64,000 bases of DNA from Vulcanimicrobiota bacterium. Its GTDB lineage: Bacteria > Vulcanimicrobiota > Vulcanimicrobiia > Vulcanimicrobiales > Vulcanimicrobiaceae. Position numbers and translations under genes: made by a program. The notes beneath the pieces were generated by a model. It was given only the letters and a program-made list of their open reading frames with translations, was not told the DNA's origin and searched no databases. The DNA is taken from assembly GCA_963812155.1 (NCBI GenBank), contig CAWETW010000003.1, positions 320,001 to 384,000 of the forward strand, in the 5' to 3' direction. This document shows positions 48,557 to 59,017 of this stretch, piece by piece. How positions within the stretch are numbered: position 1 is the stretch's first letter; each line of letters begins with the position of its first letter.

Positions 48557-50035
48557 CTAATAGTCGATCTCGGGTCCGGCATTTTGCACCGACATGCATG
48601 CTTGGTAGTTCGCCGGCTCCGGAATCTTCACGAACTTCGTGGGCTGCTGCGAATAGTTGAACGCATCACCGTAGCCGTCGGCACGCTTGTCGTCGAGCCC
48701 GAGCGTCTTCCCCGGAGTAAAAATATCTTCAATGAAACGCAGTGCCGACGCCGTTTCGTACTGTGCATGCGATACGTAGTGCTGCTTGGCGTACGGTGAG
48801 ACGATGATCAGCGGGGTCCGATAGCCCAACCCCTCGTACGCCCCTGTTTTGAGATTCGGGTACTGCGGAGGCACGACGTGATCGAACCATCCGCCCCATT
48901 CGTCCCAGCTGATGATGATTGCGGTGCTGTTCCAATACGGACTCTTGCCGATGGCGTTCACGATCGCCGTCACCCACGCAGGCCCGCACGCTCCAGACTT
49001 TACGCCGCCGTGATCGGACGCGCCCTCGTGCGGCATCACCCAAGACACTTGCGCGAGATCGTTGTTGGCGATGTCGGTCAGCACTTTCGTGTCGGGCGTG
49101 ATGACCTTCGTCTCGTCCGGGCCGTAGCGCACGGCCTTGATCGAATCGAACGCATCCAACCAATCGGAGTCGTACGGATTGAAACCCGACGAATCGCGAC
49201 GCGAGTCCGAGGGCGGCGGGGTGGGCTGTTTATACCATTGCCAGGAAACGTTTGCGGCGTCCAACTTCTTCGCGATGCTGATGAAGCCGAAACACGGATT
49301 CGGCCCCTTGACGCTGTGCCCGAAGATCGCCGGAAACGCCGGCGGATTCGCTTGGCCGTACTGCAGGTAGTACTCCCAGGTCGTCTTCGGCGCGTCGCAG
49401 CCCCACGGCATATTGGATGGGACCTCGTCGGCGTGGGCGATCTGCCCGGCTACGAGCTCCAGATGCGCTCCATAACTCGGCCCGCTGTTCGAGGCAAAGT
49501 TGTCGTCGCCGAGTGTGTACCGCGACGCCATCGTCCAGTACGGCTGGATGTCCGATTTCTGTACGTAGCTGAAGATGAGTTTGGAGTACGATGATGGACG
49601 ATACGCCCAGCACTGCGGTTCGTTCACCCAGTTGTAGACCCACTTCTTGCATTGCCCAACCAGATTGTTACCGGTGACGATCAGGTCCCAGCCGTCGTTG
49701 TTGCCGCCGTCGTAGTCTTCGAGGAACTGGTAGTGCTCGTGGTTGGGATCGAGTTTATTCACAAGTGAGTGGGATTGCAAAACGTACTGCTTGCCGTGAC
49801 CGTAGCCGGACGTCGCCGTGTTGGCACCGGGAAACCCGTAGAACAGGTTATCGAAACTCCTGTTCTCTTGCATGATGACGACGACGTGCGTAATCGGCGA
49901 CGAACTCGCATGCCGGCGCTCGGAGGAATTCGTAAATGGATTCGGGACGAGACCGTGCGAGACGGGCGACGAGTTGCAAGCCGCGACGACCATCCCGGCT
50001 AGCACGAGGACGACAAAAACGGATACGCGCTTCAT
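48557..50035 (-). CDS. Phosphoesterase (phospholipase C/acid phosphatase family) lipoprotein
   Basis: VAAC lipobox; [39 protein letters not shown]. Confidence 0.9.
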   Translation of the reverse strand: MKRVSVFVVLVLAGMVVAACNSSPVSHGLVPNPFTNSSERRHASSSPITHVVVIMQENRSFDNLFYGFPGANTATSGYGHGKQYVLQSHSLVNKLDPNHEHYQFLEDYDGGNNDGWDLIVTGNNLVGQCKKWVYNWVNEPQCWAYRPSSYSKLIFSYVQKSDIQPYWTMASRYTLGDDNFASNSGPSYGAHLELVAGQIAHADEVPSNMPWGCDAPKTTWEYYLQYGQANPPAFPAIFGHSVKGPNPCFGFISIAKKLDAANVSWQWYKQPTPPPSDSRRDSSGFNPYDSDWLDAFDSIKAVRYGPDETKVITPDTKVLTDIANNDLAQVSWVMPHEGASDHGGVKSGACGPAWVTAIVNAIGKSPYWNSTAIIISWDEWGGWFDHVVPPQYPNLKTGAYEGLGYRTPLIIVSPYAKQHYVSHAQYETASALRFIEDIFTPGKTLGLDDKRADGYGDAFNYSQQPTKFVKIPEPANYQACMSVQNAGPEIDY

Positions 50036-50087
50036 GATGCTTCGTTCGCGACCACTCCTCGCGAGTGCCTGTCGCGAGCGCCGAGCG

Positions 50088-51284
50088 TCACGGCACGTAG
50101 GTGAAGATCGTACCGCGGCCGGTCGGGTCGCCGTGCGCCGTCGCGCCGTAGAGAACCCGATTCATCTCGACGAATCCTCCCGTCGGAACGCCGCCGTCGT
50201 GCCGGTCGTTTGCAAATTGGTGCAGCACCGAAAACGTGCCGTCTTTCTTGACTTGGAAGAACGTTCCGACGTAGTTCTGCGTGTTACCGAATCCTGCCGT
50301 GCCGTAGACTTTCGAACCGACTGCGATGACGCCGTGGGATCGTTTCCGTCGTCGGGGCTGCGGCGAACGAATGCAACACGATCTCGTGCCCTACGGCGTC
50401 GATGGAGTAGACGGTTCCCGCGTTGTTCGTTCCGCCGAAGGGGGTGATGCCGTAGAAGACGCCGTTGGCAAACGCCAGCGGAAGCCTTGAGGATATTCGC
50501 CGTCACCGGGCTTTCCCGCGAAAGTCGTAGAGCGTCGTCTTTTGACCTTTGAACGTCATCGTAAAGAACGTGCCGCAACCGACGGCGTAACATGCGGTGC
50601 CGCCGCCCGTGCTCGTCGTACCGTAGAGGCGCCGCCTTTCGCGAACAGATTTCCGCTCGGGTTCGCACCGTCGCTTCCGCCTTGAAAGTTATAGAGCACG
50701 CGCTTGGATCCGGAGACCGGATCGATCGAGAAGATCGTGCCTTCGTTCGAAGTCCCGCCGTTCGGTGTTGCGCCGTAGAGACGGCCGTTTGCCGCGATGA
50801 CGCCGTGGGCTCGCTTCCGTCGCGTCCCGCCTTTGAAACTGTAGAGGACGCGTTCCGACCCCGAGGTGGTAACGCAAAGACACGGTACCGTCACCGTGCG
50901 TTCCGCCGGCGTAGGTGGTGCCGTAGAGCGTCCCTTTGAGGGCCGTAAGGTCTTCGGGAATGTTACCGTCGGGGTGTCCGGCAAAGTTGTAGACGACGTG
51001 CTCGGCCCCGACGCGTCGACGGCATAGACGATGCCCTTGCCGTTCGCTCCGGCCTCAGTGTCTACACCGTAGATCGTCCCGTCGAGCGCCACGAGGCGGC
51101 CGGCCGGCCACTTGCCGTCGTTTGGTCCGCCCTTGAAGCCGTAGAGTTCTCTGTAGATTTGGCCGCCGGAGAAGGTTTTCATGGCGCTCGGGGCGCTGCT
51201 GCCGAGCCCCGGCGTCATCGTGCCCGCCGATTGGGAGCAAGCCGTAAGGAGCAGTATGCAGAAAAGAATGCCGGCAATGCGCAT
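50088..51284 (-). pseudogene. Tandem-repeat lipoprotein (TIGR03803/GloVer-like); frameshifted as assembled
   Basis: LTAC lipobox; repeats LY(S/N)FxGG.DG..P...LYG.T..GG....GTIF across several frames. Confidence 0.75.
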
Positions 51285-51353
51285 GATGATGCCCTCTTTT
51301 TTGTCGCCGCTACGTTCGGCTCGCCGGGAGTGCGAACCTACTTTCGGCCGGCC

Positions 51354-52313
51354 GTGAGCGCCGGCGCAGTTGACGTTCGTGCCGCCGCGCAACGCTTGGC
51401 CGGCGTCGCGTACCGTACGCCGGTCGTACGCTCGCGTACGCTCGACGCTTTAACCGATGCCGAGGTGTTCGTCAAATGCGAGAACTTCCAACGCATGGGT
51501 GCATTCAAGTTTCGCGGTGCGTACAATTTCCTCGCGTCGCTTTCACCCGGCGAGCGCGCCGGCGGCGTCGTGGCGTTTTCCAGCGGCAACCACGCTCAAG
51601 GGGTCGCATTGGCGGCCCGGATGCTCGGCGTCGACGCGACGATCGTCATGCCCTCCGATGCGCCGGCGGGAAAGCTTGCCGCCACGCGCGCGTACGGCGC
51701 GCAGATCGTGCTCTACGAACGCGAGCGTTCGCATCGTGAAGAGATCGCGCGCGGCATCGCCGGCGAACGGGGCGCGACGGTCGTGCCGCCGTTCGACGAT
51801 CCGCGCATCGTCGCCGGTGCGGGCACGGCCGCGCTCGAACTCCTCGAAGAAGCGGAGAGGCTCGATGCAATCGTCGTACCGGTCGGCGGCGGCGGCCTGA
51901 TGGGCGGCACCGCGCTGGCCGCACATGGAATCGATCCGAAGATCTCCGTGTACGGCGTCGAGCCGGAAGCAGGCGACGATTTCGCGCGCTCGCTGGCGGC
52001 CGGCGAGCGCATCTCTATTCAGGTGCCGCGCACGATCGCCGACGGACTCCAAACGACGGCGCCCGGAATGGTGACGTTTGCAATCGCGCAACGGCACGGG
52101 TGCCGCGTCGTCACGGTGAGCGACGGCGAATTGCGCGACGCGATGCGATTTGCGTTCGAGCGCATGAAGCTGGTCGTCGAACCGAGCGCCGCCGCGCCCC
52201 TGGCCGCGTTACTGCACAAGCGCATCCCCGAACTCTGCGGCATGCGCGTCGGAACGATCGTCAGCGGAGGGAACGTGGACGCAGCCCGCTTCGCACAGTT
52301 GCTTTCGCTCTGA
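51354..52313 (+). CDS. PLP-dependent serine/threonine dehydratase-family enzyme
   Basis: KCENFQRMGAFKFRGA, SSGNHAQG, PVGGGGL, SGGN. Confidence 0.9.
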   Translation: MSAGAVDVRAAAQRLAGVAYRTPVVRSRTLDALTDAEVFVKCENFQRMGAFKFRGAYNFLASLSPGERAGGVVAFSSGNHAQGVALAARMLGVDATIVMPSDAPAGKLAATRAYGAQIVLYERERSHREEIARGIAGERGATVVPPFDDPRIVAGAGTAALELLEEAERLDAIVVPVGGGGLMGGTALAAHGIDPKISVYGVEPEAGDDFARSLAAGERISIQVPRTIADGLQTTAPGMVTFAIAQRHGCRVVTVSDGELRDAMRFAFERMKLVVEPSAAAPLAALLHKRIPELCGMRVGTIVSGGNVDAARFAQLLSL

Positions 52314-52330
52314 GCACCTGACGCGACGGG

Positions 52331-52901
52331 TTAGCGGCCCATGGAATAAAATTCGGCGTTGGGACGCATGTCCATCAGGCCGGCCATGCGATTGGAGAAG
52401 CCGAAAAACGCCGCAATTGCGGCGATGTCCCAAACGTCGTCGCTGGAGAAGCCCTGCGCGCGCAGCGCGTCGATCTCCGCATCGCTTGCGGCGAACCCGC
52501 GCTCGTTCACGCGCGACGCAAACTCGAGCATCGCGCGCCAGCGCGGCGAGAGCTCGGCGGTGCGCCAGTTGTTGGCGATTTGCTCGGCGAGCTACGGGGT
52601 CTTTGCCGAGAATGCGTAAGGCCGCGCCGTGCGCCGTCATGCAATACTGACAGCGGTTCTCCGACGAAACGGCGACGACGATCGCCTCGCGCTCCGCGCG
52701 ATTGAGTCCCCCGGGCGCCTTCATGAGCACGTCGTGGTACGCCATGAACGCGCGGAAGTGGTCGGGACGCCGCGCGTACGCGCGAAAGACGTTTGGCACG
52801 AAACCGATTTTCTCGCGATTCGCGCGATAGATTTCGGCGATATCCGCCGGCAGCTCCGCTTCGGACGGTTCTCCGAAGCGGGATGCCGGCGAATCACGCA
52901 T
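52331..52901 (-). pseudogene. Peroxidase-related AhpD/CMD-family protein, one frameshift near 52595
   Basis: GFVPNVF, EREAIVVAVSSENRCQYCMTAH; C-terminus AAFFGFSNRMA...PNAEFYSMGR in another frame. Confidence 0.85.
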
Positions 52902-52910
52902 GCGATGCTC

Positions 52911-53330
52911 CTACGACGTCTTGATGTCGCCGCACGAGACGTACGTTCCCAAGTCCGTAGTACTCTTGTGAACGTTGATCGCAAACGTTCCCGACGTCAG
53001 CTGATGGAGCGACTCGCCTTTGAGGACCGTCCTCGAGACGCCTTTAGCGACGTTTGTCAAGGGGTACTGCGGCGCAGGATTGAGTTTCGCGCAGGTTCCC
53101 GCATGGATGTGCGCAGGCTGATCCTCGGCGGGCGCGTTCTTGAGGAGAATGGCGACGACGACGCCGTCGTTGGTTTGGGTCAGCGTTGCGCTGCCATCCT
53201 CACCCGAGCCGTTCTGCGCGTTCATCGTGACGGTCACGACAGTGCCGGTGGCCATTTGGGCCGAGGCCGGGATGGCGCACGCGAGGCCGGCGAGAATCGA
53301 GACGGCAAGCGCGAGACGTAAGGCATTCAT
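52911..53330 (-). CDS. Secreted CHRD/Cu-Zn-SOD-like small protein
   Basis: AGGAG RBS; signal peptide; QPAHIHAGTC, AINVHKS, VSCGDI. Confidence 0.7.
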   Translation of the reverse strand: MNALRLALAVSILAGLACAIPASAQMATGTVVTVTMNAQNGSGEDGSATLTQTNDGVVVAILLKNAPAEDQPAHIHAGTCAKLNPAPQYPLTNVAKGVSRTVLKGESLHQLTSGTFAINVHKSTTDLGTYVSCGDIKTS

Positions 53331-53390
53331 TGCTGAGGTCTCCTTTCCAGCGTTGGGTTTGTCCATGCTGGTTACCCGGGAAGTGCGGCG

Positions 53391-56330
53391 CTACCCTGGT
53401 TTCGGCGCGCCGTGCGCCTCCAATTCCATCAGGCGGCCGCTCAACGTCGCGAGCGCCTCTACGGCTTGCGAGGTCGGGGCAGCGTCGGCTCCGTCGACGG
53501 TGTCGAGGAGATTTGCGGCCTCGTCGTTGATCGATTCGAAGAGCCGCGCGTCGGCATCCCGGCCTGCGCTTTTAGCCGCTGCCGCATCGCGTAGACTGCG
53601 ATCCATCATCGATGCCAGCGCGCGCGCAGCGTCGTATTGGTGCCGCAGTTGCGCCGCAGCGATCGAGACGCGCGGATCCATCACGACGGTCAGCGGCTGC
53701 CTGACCGACAATCCATCCGCATCGAGCGTCACCATGTAGCGTCCCGGCAAAACCAGTGGACCCTGCGGAACGCGCGGCGTGTCGTGCGGGACGGCCGAAA
53801 TCGGCAAATCGTGCGACACCGCCTGCGGCGGCCGTTCGCGCACGTCCCACACGAAGCGGTGCATGCCTTCGCCGGTCGCCGGCCGCCGGAAGGGGCGCTC
53901 CCAATACGCCGGCTTGTCGAGATCCGGAATCGGCGCCGGCTCGGGATCGTCGCTGGCGTAGCGGCGAACGACGCGACCGCTCGCATCGGCAATGACGATC
54001 GTGACGCGTCGCGCATTCCGCGCCAGTGCGTAGTCGATAATCGCGCCGTCGGGCGGATTCTCTCCCGCGGGCTCCTCGGGCGGCAGCGGCGTATCGGTGT
54101 TCAGGCTGCGGCGCACGCGATACGCCGTCTCCGGAGCGTAGAGATACGCGCGCCGCGCGAGCGGATCGGCGTTGCGCGCTAATGCGCGTAGCGGCGTGAC
54201 GTCGTCGAGTATCCAGAAACCGCGTCCGTGCGTCGCGACGATCGCGTCGTTACCGTGCACGATGATGTCGCGCACCGACGTATGCGGAAGGTCGAGCTGC
54301 AGACTCTGCCAATGCGCGCCTGCATCGAAAGAGACGTACGCACCGTTTTCGGTTGCTGCGTAGAGCAGGCGCGGTTCCTGGGGATCCTGGCGCACGGCGT
54401 TGACCGGCTCGTTCGGAAGCCCGTTGACGGCCGCTTGCCAATGCCCCCCACTGTCGTGCGTGACGTAGACGTACGGCCGTAAGTCGTTTAAGCGGAAGCG
54501 ATTCACCGCGACGAACGCCGTGCCGTCGTCTTCACGCGACGCGTCGATCTGCGCCACCTTGCTCCACGGCGTCAGCTCCGGCGGCGAGACGTTGCGCCAA
54601 TGCCCGCCGCCGTCGCGCGTGATCCATACCAGTCCGTCGTCGGTGCCGGCCCACACCGTCCCGCCACGGCGGTACGACGGTGCGATGGCGTACACGACGC
54701 CGCGGTGCATGCCGCGCTGCGGATCGGCGCTCTCGAACGAGCCGAGCACCGCCGGCACGCCGGCATGGCGCCGAGTGAGGTCGGGACTGATCGCGCGCCA
54801 AGACGATCCGCCGTCGACGGTCGCGAACACCACGTCGGAGCCGAAGTACAGACGGCGGCGATCGAAGTGATCGAAGGCGAGCGGCTCCGTGCGTACGACG
54901 CGATACCGTTTCGACGGCAGCGCGATCGGCGAGACTTCTTGCGTTTGGCCGGTGCGCTCGACGAACCGTTCGACTTTTCCACCGAAAAAGACGCCCGGAT
55001 GCAGCGGGTCCGCAATCACGTAGCCGTATTCCTGCGCGCCGACGGTGAACCAATCGCGCTGCGTGATCGCGCCCCAATCGCCGCGGCTGAGCACGCAGGC
55101 CGACCCGCTCTCCTGTTGGCCGCCGCAGACGCGATACGGGAACCGGTCGTCGGCCGAAACGTGATACATCTGCGCGGTCGGCTGATTGTACCAGGTGCTC
55201 CAGGTGCGTCCGTGGTTGACGGAGATCGTCGCGCCTTGATCGGCGGCGAGCGCGATGACGTTCGAGTTCCCGGGATCGATCCACACCGTGTGATAGTCGT
55301 CGCCGCCCGGCGCGCCCTTGAACGCGACGAACGTCTTGCCGCCGTCGCTCGAGCGGTACGCCGCCGTGTTCGTGAGGTAGAGGACGTTGGCGTCGTGCGG
55401 GTCGACGGCGATCGATACGAGATCGTCCCCGCGCTGGGCGATCGCGGCATCGCCGTTGGTTTTCGCGAAATGCGCGCCGGCGTCGTCGCTGCGATAGACG
55501 GCCCCGCCGTTATCGGGCGTATCGGCATACGCGTAGACGATTTGGGGATTGCTCGGGGCCGCCGCGATTTCTGCGCGCCCGATGCGCTGCGGCAATCCGT
55601 TCGTCAACTGCGACCACGTCGTTCCGCCGTCGACGGATTTGTAGATGCCGCTTCCGGGAATTTCGAAGGAGCCGCCGATCTCCCACGGCGCTTGGCGCGC
55701 GGCCCACAGCGTCGCGTAGACGACGTCGGGGTTCTGCGGATCGAGCACGACGTCGTATGCGCCCACGTTTTCGTCTTTGAAAAGTACGCGCGCGAACGTC
55801 GCGCCGCCGTCGAGCGAACGATAGATCCCGCGTTGATCGTTCGGTCCGAACGGATGGCCGAGTACTGCAACGAACAAACGGCCGGCATTCTTCGGATCGA
55901 CCGCGATCGCCGGGATCTGCTGACCGTCGCGCAAGCCGAGATGCGTCCAGGTCGCGCCGGCGTCGGTTGACTTGTAGATGCCGTCGCCGATGGCGAGATC
56001 GGGGCGCTGCAATCCCTCGCCGCTGCCGGCGTAGATGACGTTCGGATCGCTCGCCGCCACCGCGAGCGCGCCGATCGATCCGGTCGGCTGCGAATCGAAA
56101 ATCGGCGACCAGGTTCGCCCGGCATCGTCGCTCTTCCACACGCCGCCGTTGACGACGCCGATATAGAAGAGATTCGGACGTCCGGCCACGCCCGCGATCG
56201 AGGTCGTGCGGCCGCCGCGCAGCGGTCCTACCGAGCGCCAATGCATGTCGCGGTAGAGCGCCGGCGAAACGCCCGCGCATGCAATCGCGGTGACGGCGAG
56301 CGCGAGCGTCCGCGCGACGATCGCTCGCAT
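53391..56330 (-). CDS. VPS10/BNR-repeat glycosyl hydrolase-like protein
   Basis: WRSVGPLRGGR, repeated SxDGGxTW Asp-boxes, ATHGRGFWILD. Confidence 0.85.
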   Translation of the reverse strand: MRAIVARTLALAVTAIACAGVSPALYRDMHWRSVGPLRGGRTTSIAGVAGRPNLFYIGVVNGGVWKSDDAGRTWSPIFDSQPTGSIGALAVAASDPNVIYAGSGEGLQRPDLAIGDGIYKSTDAGATWTHLGLRDGQQIPAIAVDPKNAGRLFVAVLGHPFGPNDQRGIYRSLDGGATFARVLFKDENVGAYDVVLDPQNPDVVYATLWAARQAPWEIGGSFEIPGSGIYKSVDGGTTWSQLTNGLPQRIGRAEIAAAPSNPQIVYAYADTPDNGGAVYRSDDAGAHFAKTNGDAAIAQRGDDLVSIAVDPHDANVLYLTNTAAYRSSDGGKTFVAFKGAPGGDDYHTVWIDPGNSNVIALAADQGATISVNHGRTWSTWYNQPTAQMYHVSADDRFPYRVCGGQQESGSACVLSRGDWGAITQRDWFTVGAQEYGYVIADPLHPGVFFGGKVERFVERTGQTQEVSPIALPSKRYRVVRTEPLAFDHFDRRRLYFGSDVVFATVDGGSSWRAISPDLTRRHAGVPAVLGSFESADPQRGMHRGVVYAIAPSYRRGGTVWAGTDDGLVWITRDGGGHWRNVSPPELTPWSKVAQIDASREDDGTAFVAVNRFRLNDLRPYVYVTHDSGGHWQAAVNGLPNEPVNAVRQDPQEPRLLYAATENGAYVSFDAGAHWQSLQLDLPHTSVRDIIVHGNDAIVATHGRGFWILDDVTPLRALARNADPLARRAYLYAPETAYRVRRSLNTDTPLPPEEPAGENPPDGAIIDYALARNARRVTIVIADASGRVVRRYASDDPEPAPIPDLDKPAYWERPFRRPATGEGMHRFVWDVRERPPQAVSHDLPISAVPHDTPRVPQGPLVLPGRYMVTLDADGLSVRQPLTVVMDPRVSIAAAQLRHQYDAARALASMMDRSLRDAAAAKSAGRDADARLFESINDEAANLLDTVDGADAAPTSQAVEALATLSGRLMELEAHGAPKPG

Positions 56331-57220
56331 TACGCCTTGGTCACGCGGCCGACGAACGCGGCGATCTCCGAAAAGGCTTCGCGCGATTCCGGCAGTCCGG
56401 CGAAGATGTGCCACACGTGGGGAACGCCCTCCCAGAGCCGCAACGTCGAATCCACGCCGGCCGAGCGCGCCTTGGCATCGAGCCGCACCGCGTCGTCGCA
56501 CAATCGTTCGATCGTACTGGCCTGAATCATCAACGGCGGCAGGCCGTGCAAATCGGCGTAGAGACCGGATGCGAGCGGATCGTCGAAGGCGCCGTCGCCG
56601 ACGTACGCGTGCGCGATGCGCCCTTCGCCGCGCGTCGCCGTCGCAAGCGCCGTTGGAAGATCTACCCAGGGCGCGATGAGCACGGCGCCGGCCGGCGGGG
56701 GCTCGTGCGCGTCGCGCAGCGCGAGCAGCGTCGAGAGCGCCAAGCCGCCGCCGGCCGAATCGCCGGCGATGACGATCGACTGCGGCGCAATGCCCGCTGC
56801 GAGCAGCCAGCGATATCCGGCAATCGCATCGTGCAGCGCCGCGGGAAAGCGATGCTCGGGAGCGAGACGGTAGTCGAGCGCAAAGACGCGCGCTTCGCAA
56901 CGGCGGCAGAAAGCACCGGTGAGGGTGCGGTACGTCGCGGGCGAACCGGCGACGAATCCGCCGCCGTGCAAGTAGTAGACGACGGTCGCCGCGTTGGGAT
57001 CGGCGTTGAGCAACAGCCATTCACCGCGCACGCCCGCCGCGCGATCCTCAACGCTCACGCGCGTCGTTCCGCGCGGCACGCGTCCGAAAAGCAACGCCGT
57101 GCGCCCGATGAACCGGCGGTAGCGGCGCACGAAGTGCGGGCTGGCAACGGTGCGCGCCCCGGGAATTCTGCGCGTGGCCGCAACCATGAGGCGCAGCGCG
57201 CGCGCGCCCAGACTCGCCAC
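56330..57220 (-). CDS. Alpha/beta hydrolase (HSL-family esterase)
   Basis: HGGG, YRLAPEH, GDSAGG, HVW. Confidence 0.9.
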   Translation of the reverse strand: MASLGARALRLMVAATRRIPGARTVASPHFVRRYRRFIGRTALLFGRVPRGTTRVSVEDRAAGVRGEWLLLNADPNAATVVYYLHGGGFVAGSPATYRTLTGAFCRRCEARVFALDYRLAPEHRFPAALHDAIAGYRWLLAAGIAPQSIVIAGDSAGGGLALSTLLALRDAHEPPPAGAVLIAPWVDLPTALATATRGEGRIAHAYVGDGAFDDPLASGLYADLHGLPPLMIQASTIERLCDDAVRLDAKARSAGVDSTLRLWEGVPHVWHIFAGLPESREAFSEIAAFVGRVTKA

Positions 57221-57223
57221 CGC

Positions 57224-57904
57224 CTACATTCGTCTCCCGTTGCGGTTGCCGCGGCGTTTCGGCGCGAACGGCGAACCGATCTTCCACGACGTCTTACGCG
57301 GAAGGCCTTCGTCGACGTCGTCGCAGCCGATCGGCGTAAACTCGCGACAATCGCCCGGCCGCCCTTCGTAAATGCCGCAGTAGTAGCGGCCGCTGCGCGG
57401 ACCCTTGAGAAACATGCATTTATCGGCAAGGTCGTCGCCGACCTTACGCAGCCAGCCGACGTAGAACCCGTCGGCGGAGGCACGTTCCACGACGTAGTCG
57501 CGCATCACGTCGGCGTACGGCATCGAGAGATGCTCGGCAATACGCTGCACGTCGGCACGGCTGACGAAGGGCTCGTAGCCGCTACAGCACTCCGCGCAGC
57601 CCGGCGGGCACGCCACGTTGTCGGGCATGTCTTTGAGGTGCTTGCGCGCCAGATCGATGACTTTTGCGACGGCTTTGACGAACTCCGGATCGTCGTTGTA
57701 TTTATACGTCCACTCTCGCTTCGAAATCTCGTTCACGTTGTAGAAGCGGGTCGTCTTTTCGTCGAACTCGACGGTGACGTGTTCTTCGTCTATCTCGATT
57801 TTATTGACGTGTTGAATCGGACGCGCGTCGAGCAGTTCGGGATGCGTCGGCTGCCCCGTGCGCCGTGAAAAGTTCCGTAGGGCTATGAGGTCGATGGTCT
57901 CCAT
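57224..57904 (-). CDS. YkgJ-family Zn/Fe cysteine-cluster protein
   Basis: CPPGCAECC...CMFL...CGIYEGRPGDCR. Confidence 0.8.
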   Translation of the reverse strand: METIDLIALRNFSRRTGQPTHPELLDARPIQHVNKIEIDEEHVTVEFDEKTTRFYNVNEISKREWTYKYNDDPEFVKAVAKVIDLARKHLKDMPDNVACPPGCAECCSGYEPFVSRADVQRIAEHLSMPYADVMRDYVVERASADGFYVGWLRKVGDDLADKCMFLKGPRSGRYYCGIYEGRPGDCREFTPIGCDDVDEGLPRKTSWKIGSPFAPKRRGNRNGRRM

Positions 57905-57966
57905 GCGTCGGTCGATTCCCCCGCCGTGCGGGTGCGGCCTGTGGGTGCGCCAAACATAAAAGCGAT

Positions 57967-58929
57967 ATGCGTACGGCAATCGGCGTAGACCTCGGCGGAT
58001 CGCACGTCACCGCGGCCGTCGTCACCGACGACGGGGCGATTCATTCTCAACACGAGCAGGACCTCGACGATCTCGCCTTCGAGCCGGTCGTCGACGCGGT
58101 CGGAACGCAGATCGCGGCCGCGCTGAAGGAGGCCGGCTCGAGCGTCGCCGGCATCGGCATCGGTTCGCCGGGAAACATCGACGCCGCGAGCGGCGCCGTG
58201 CTGTACAGTCCCAATTTCGGATGGTCGAACGCGCCGCTCGGCGCTGCGCTGCGCAAACGCTTCGGCGTACCGGTCTTCGTCGGCAACGATGCGCGCTGTG
58301 CGACGCTCGGCGAACACGTTTACGGCAGCGGACGCGGAACGAGCGATTTCGTTTTGCTGACGTTAGGCACGGGAATCGGCGGCGGCATCGTCGCCGGGGG
58401 CAGGTTGATGCTCGGCTACAAATGGGGAGCCGGCGAAATCGGGCACCACCAAATCCGTCCGACCGACGGCTTCGTTTGCGGTTGCGGAAAGATCGGCTGC
58501 TTCGAGGCGCAGGCGTCGGGAACCGGATTGATTCGGCACGCATTTGCGGTGGCGCCGTCGTTTCCGCGCAGTCCGCTGCTCGACGTCGCCCGCGACAAAC
58601 TCAGCTCGAAAAAAATTCGCAAGGCGGCGCAGGCCGGCGACAAGCACGCAATGGCCGCGTGGAACCGCTTCACCGCCGACCTGGCGCTCGGTTTGGCCAA
58701 CGTCATCGCGTTCGTCAATCCCGAAACGATCGCGCTGGGAGGCGGCGTTTCGTCGGCCGGAGATTTCATGCTCGACGCGATTCGCGCGCCGGTGGATGCG
58801 TTGACGACGATGGTTCCCAAAGGAACGACGGAGTTGCGGATCGCGGCGCTCGGTAACGATGCCGGGCAAGTCGGGGCTGCCGTGATGGCGTTGAACGGCG
58901 GGCTCTCGGGGGATGCGGCGTCCGCCTAA
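57967..58929 (+). CDS. ROK-family sugar kinase (glucokinase-like)
   Basis: [33 protein letters not shown]. Confidence 0.9.
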   Translation: MRTAIGVDLGGSHVTAAVVTDDGAIHSQHEQDLDDLAFEPVVDAVGTQIAAALKEAGSSVAGIGIGSPGNIDAASGAVLYSPNFGWSNAPLGAALRKRFGVPVFVGNDARCATLGEHVYGSGRGTSDFVLLTLGTGIGGGIVAGGRLMLGYKWGAGEIGHHQIRPTDGFVCGCGKIGCFEAQASGTGLIRHAFAVAPSFPRSPLLDVARDKLSSKKIRKAAQAGDKHAMAAWNRFTADLALGLANVIAFVNPETIALGGGVSSAGDFMLDAIRAPVDALTTMVPKGTTELRIAALGNDAGQVGAAVMALNGGLSGDAASA

Positions 58930-59017
58930 GTGGAGCTTTCTCATCGAACCGCCATTGCGCGCGCCGGTTAACGCTGTATGCTCGCGGGAAAGACCGCGAT
59001 GGAGGTCGGTCGGAAGC

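Noticed and set aside
53372..53397. GGGTAA boxes upstream of the 53330 gene and of the 28032 gene
   Set aside because: No GTTT/GATT-like -35 at the 14-15 nt spacing, so not counted in the stress regulon
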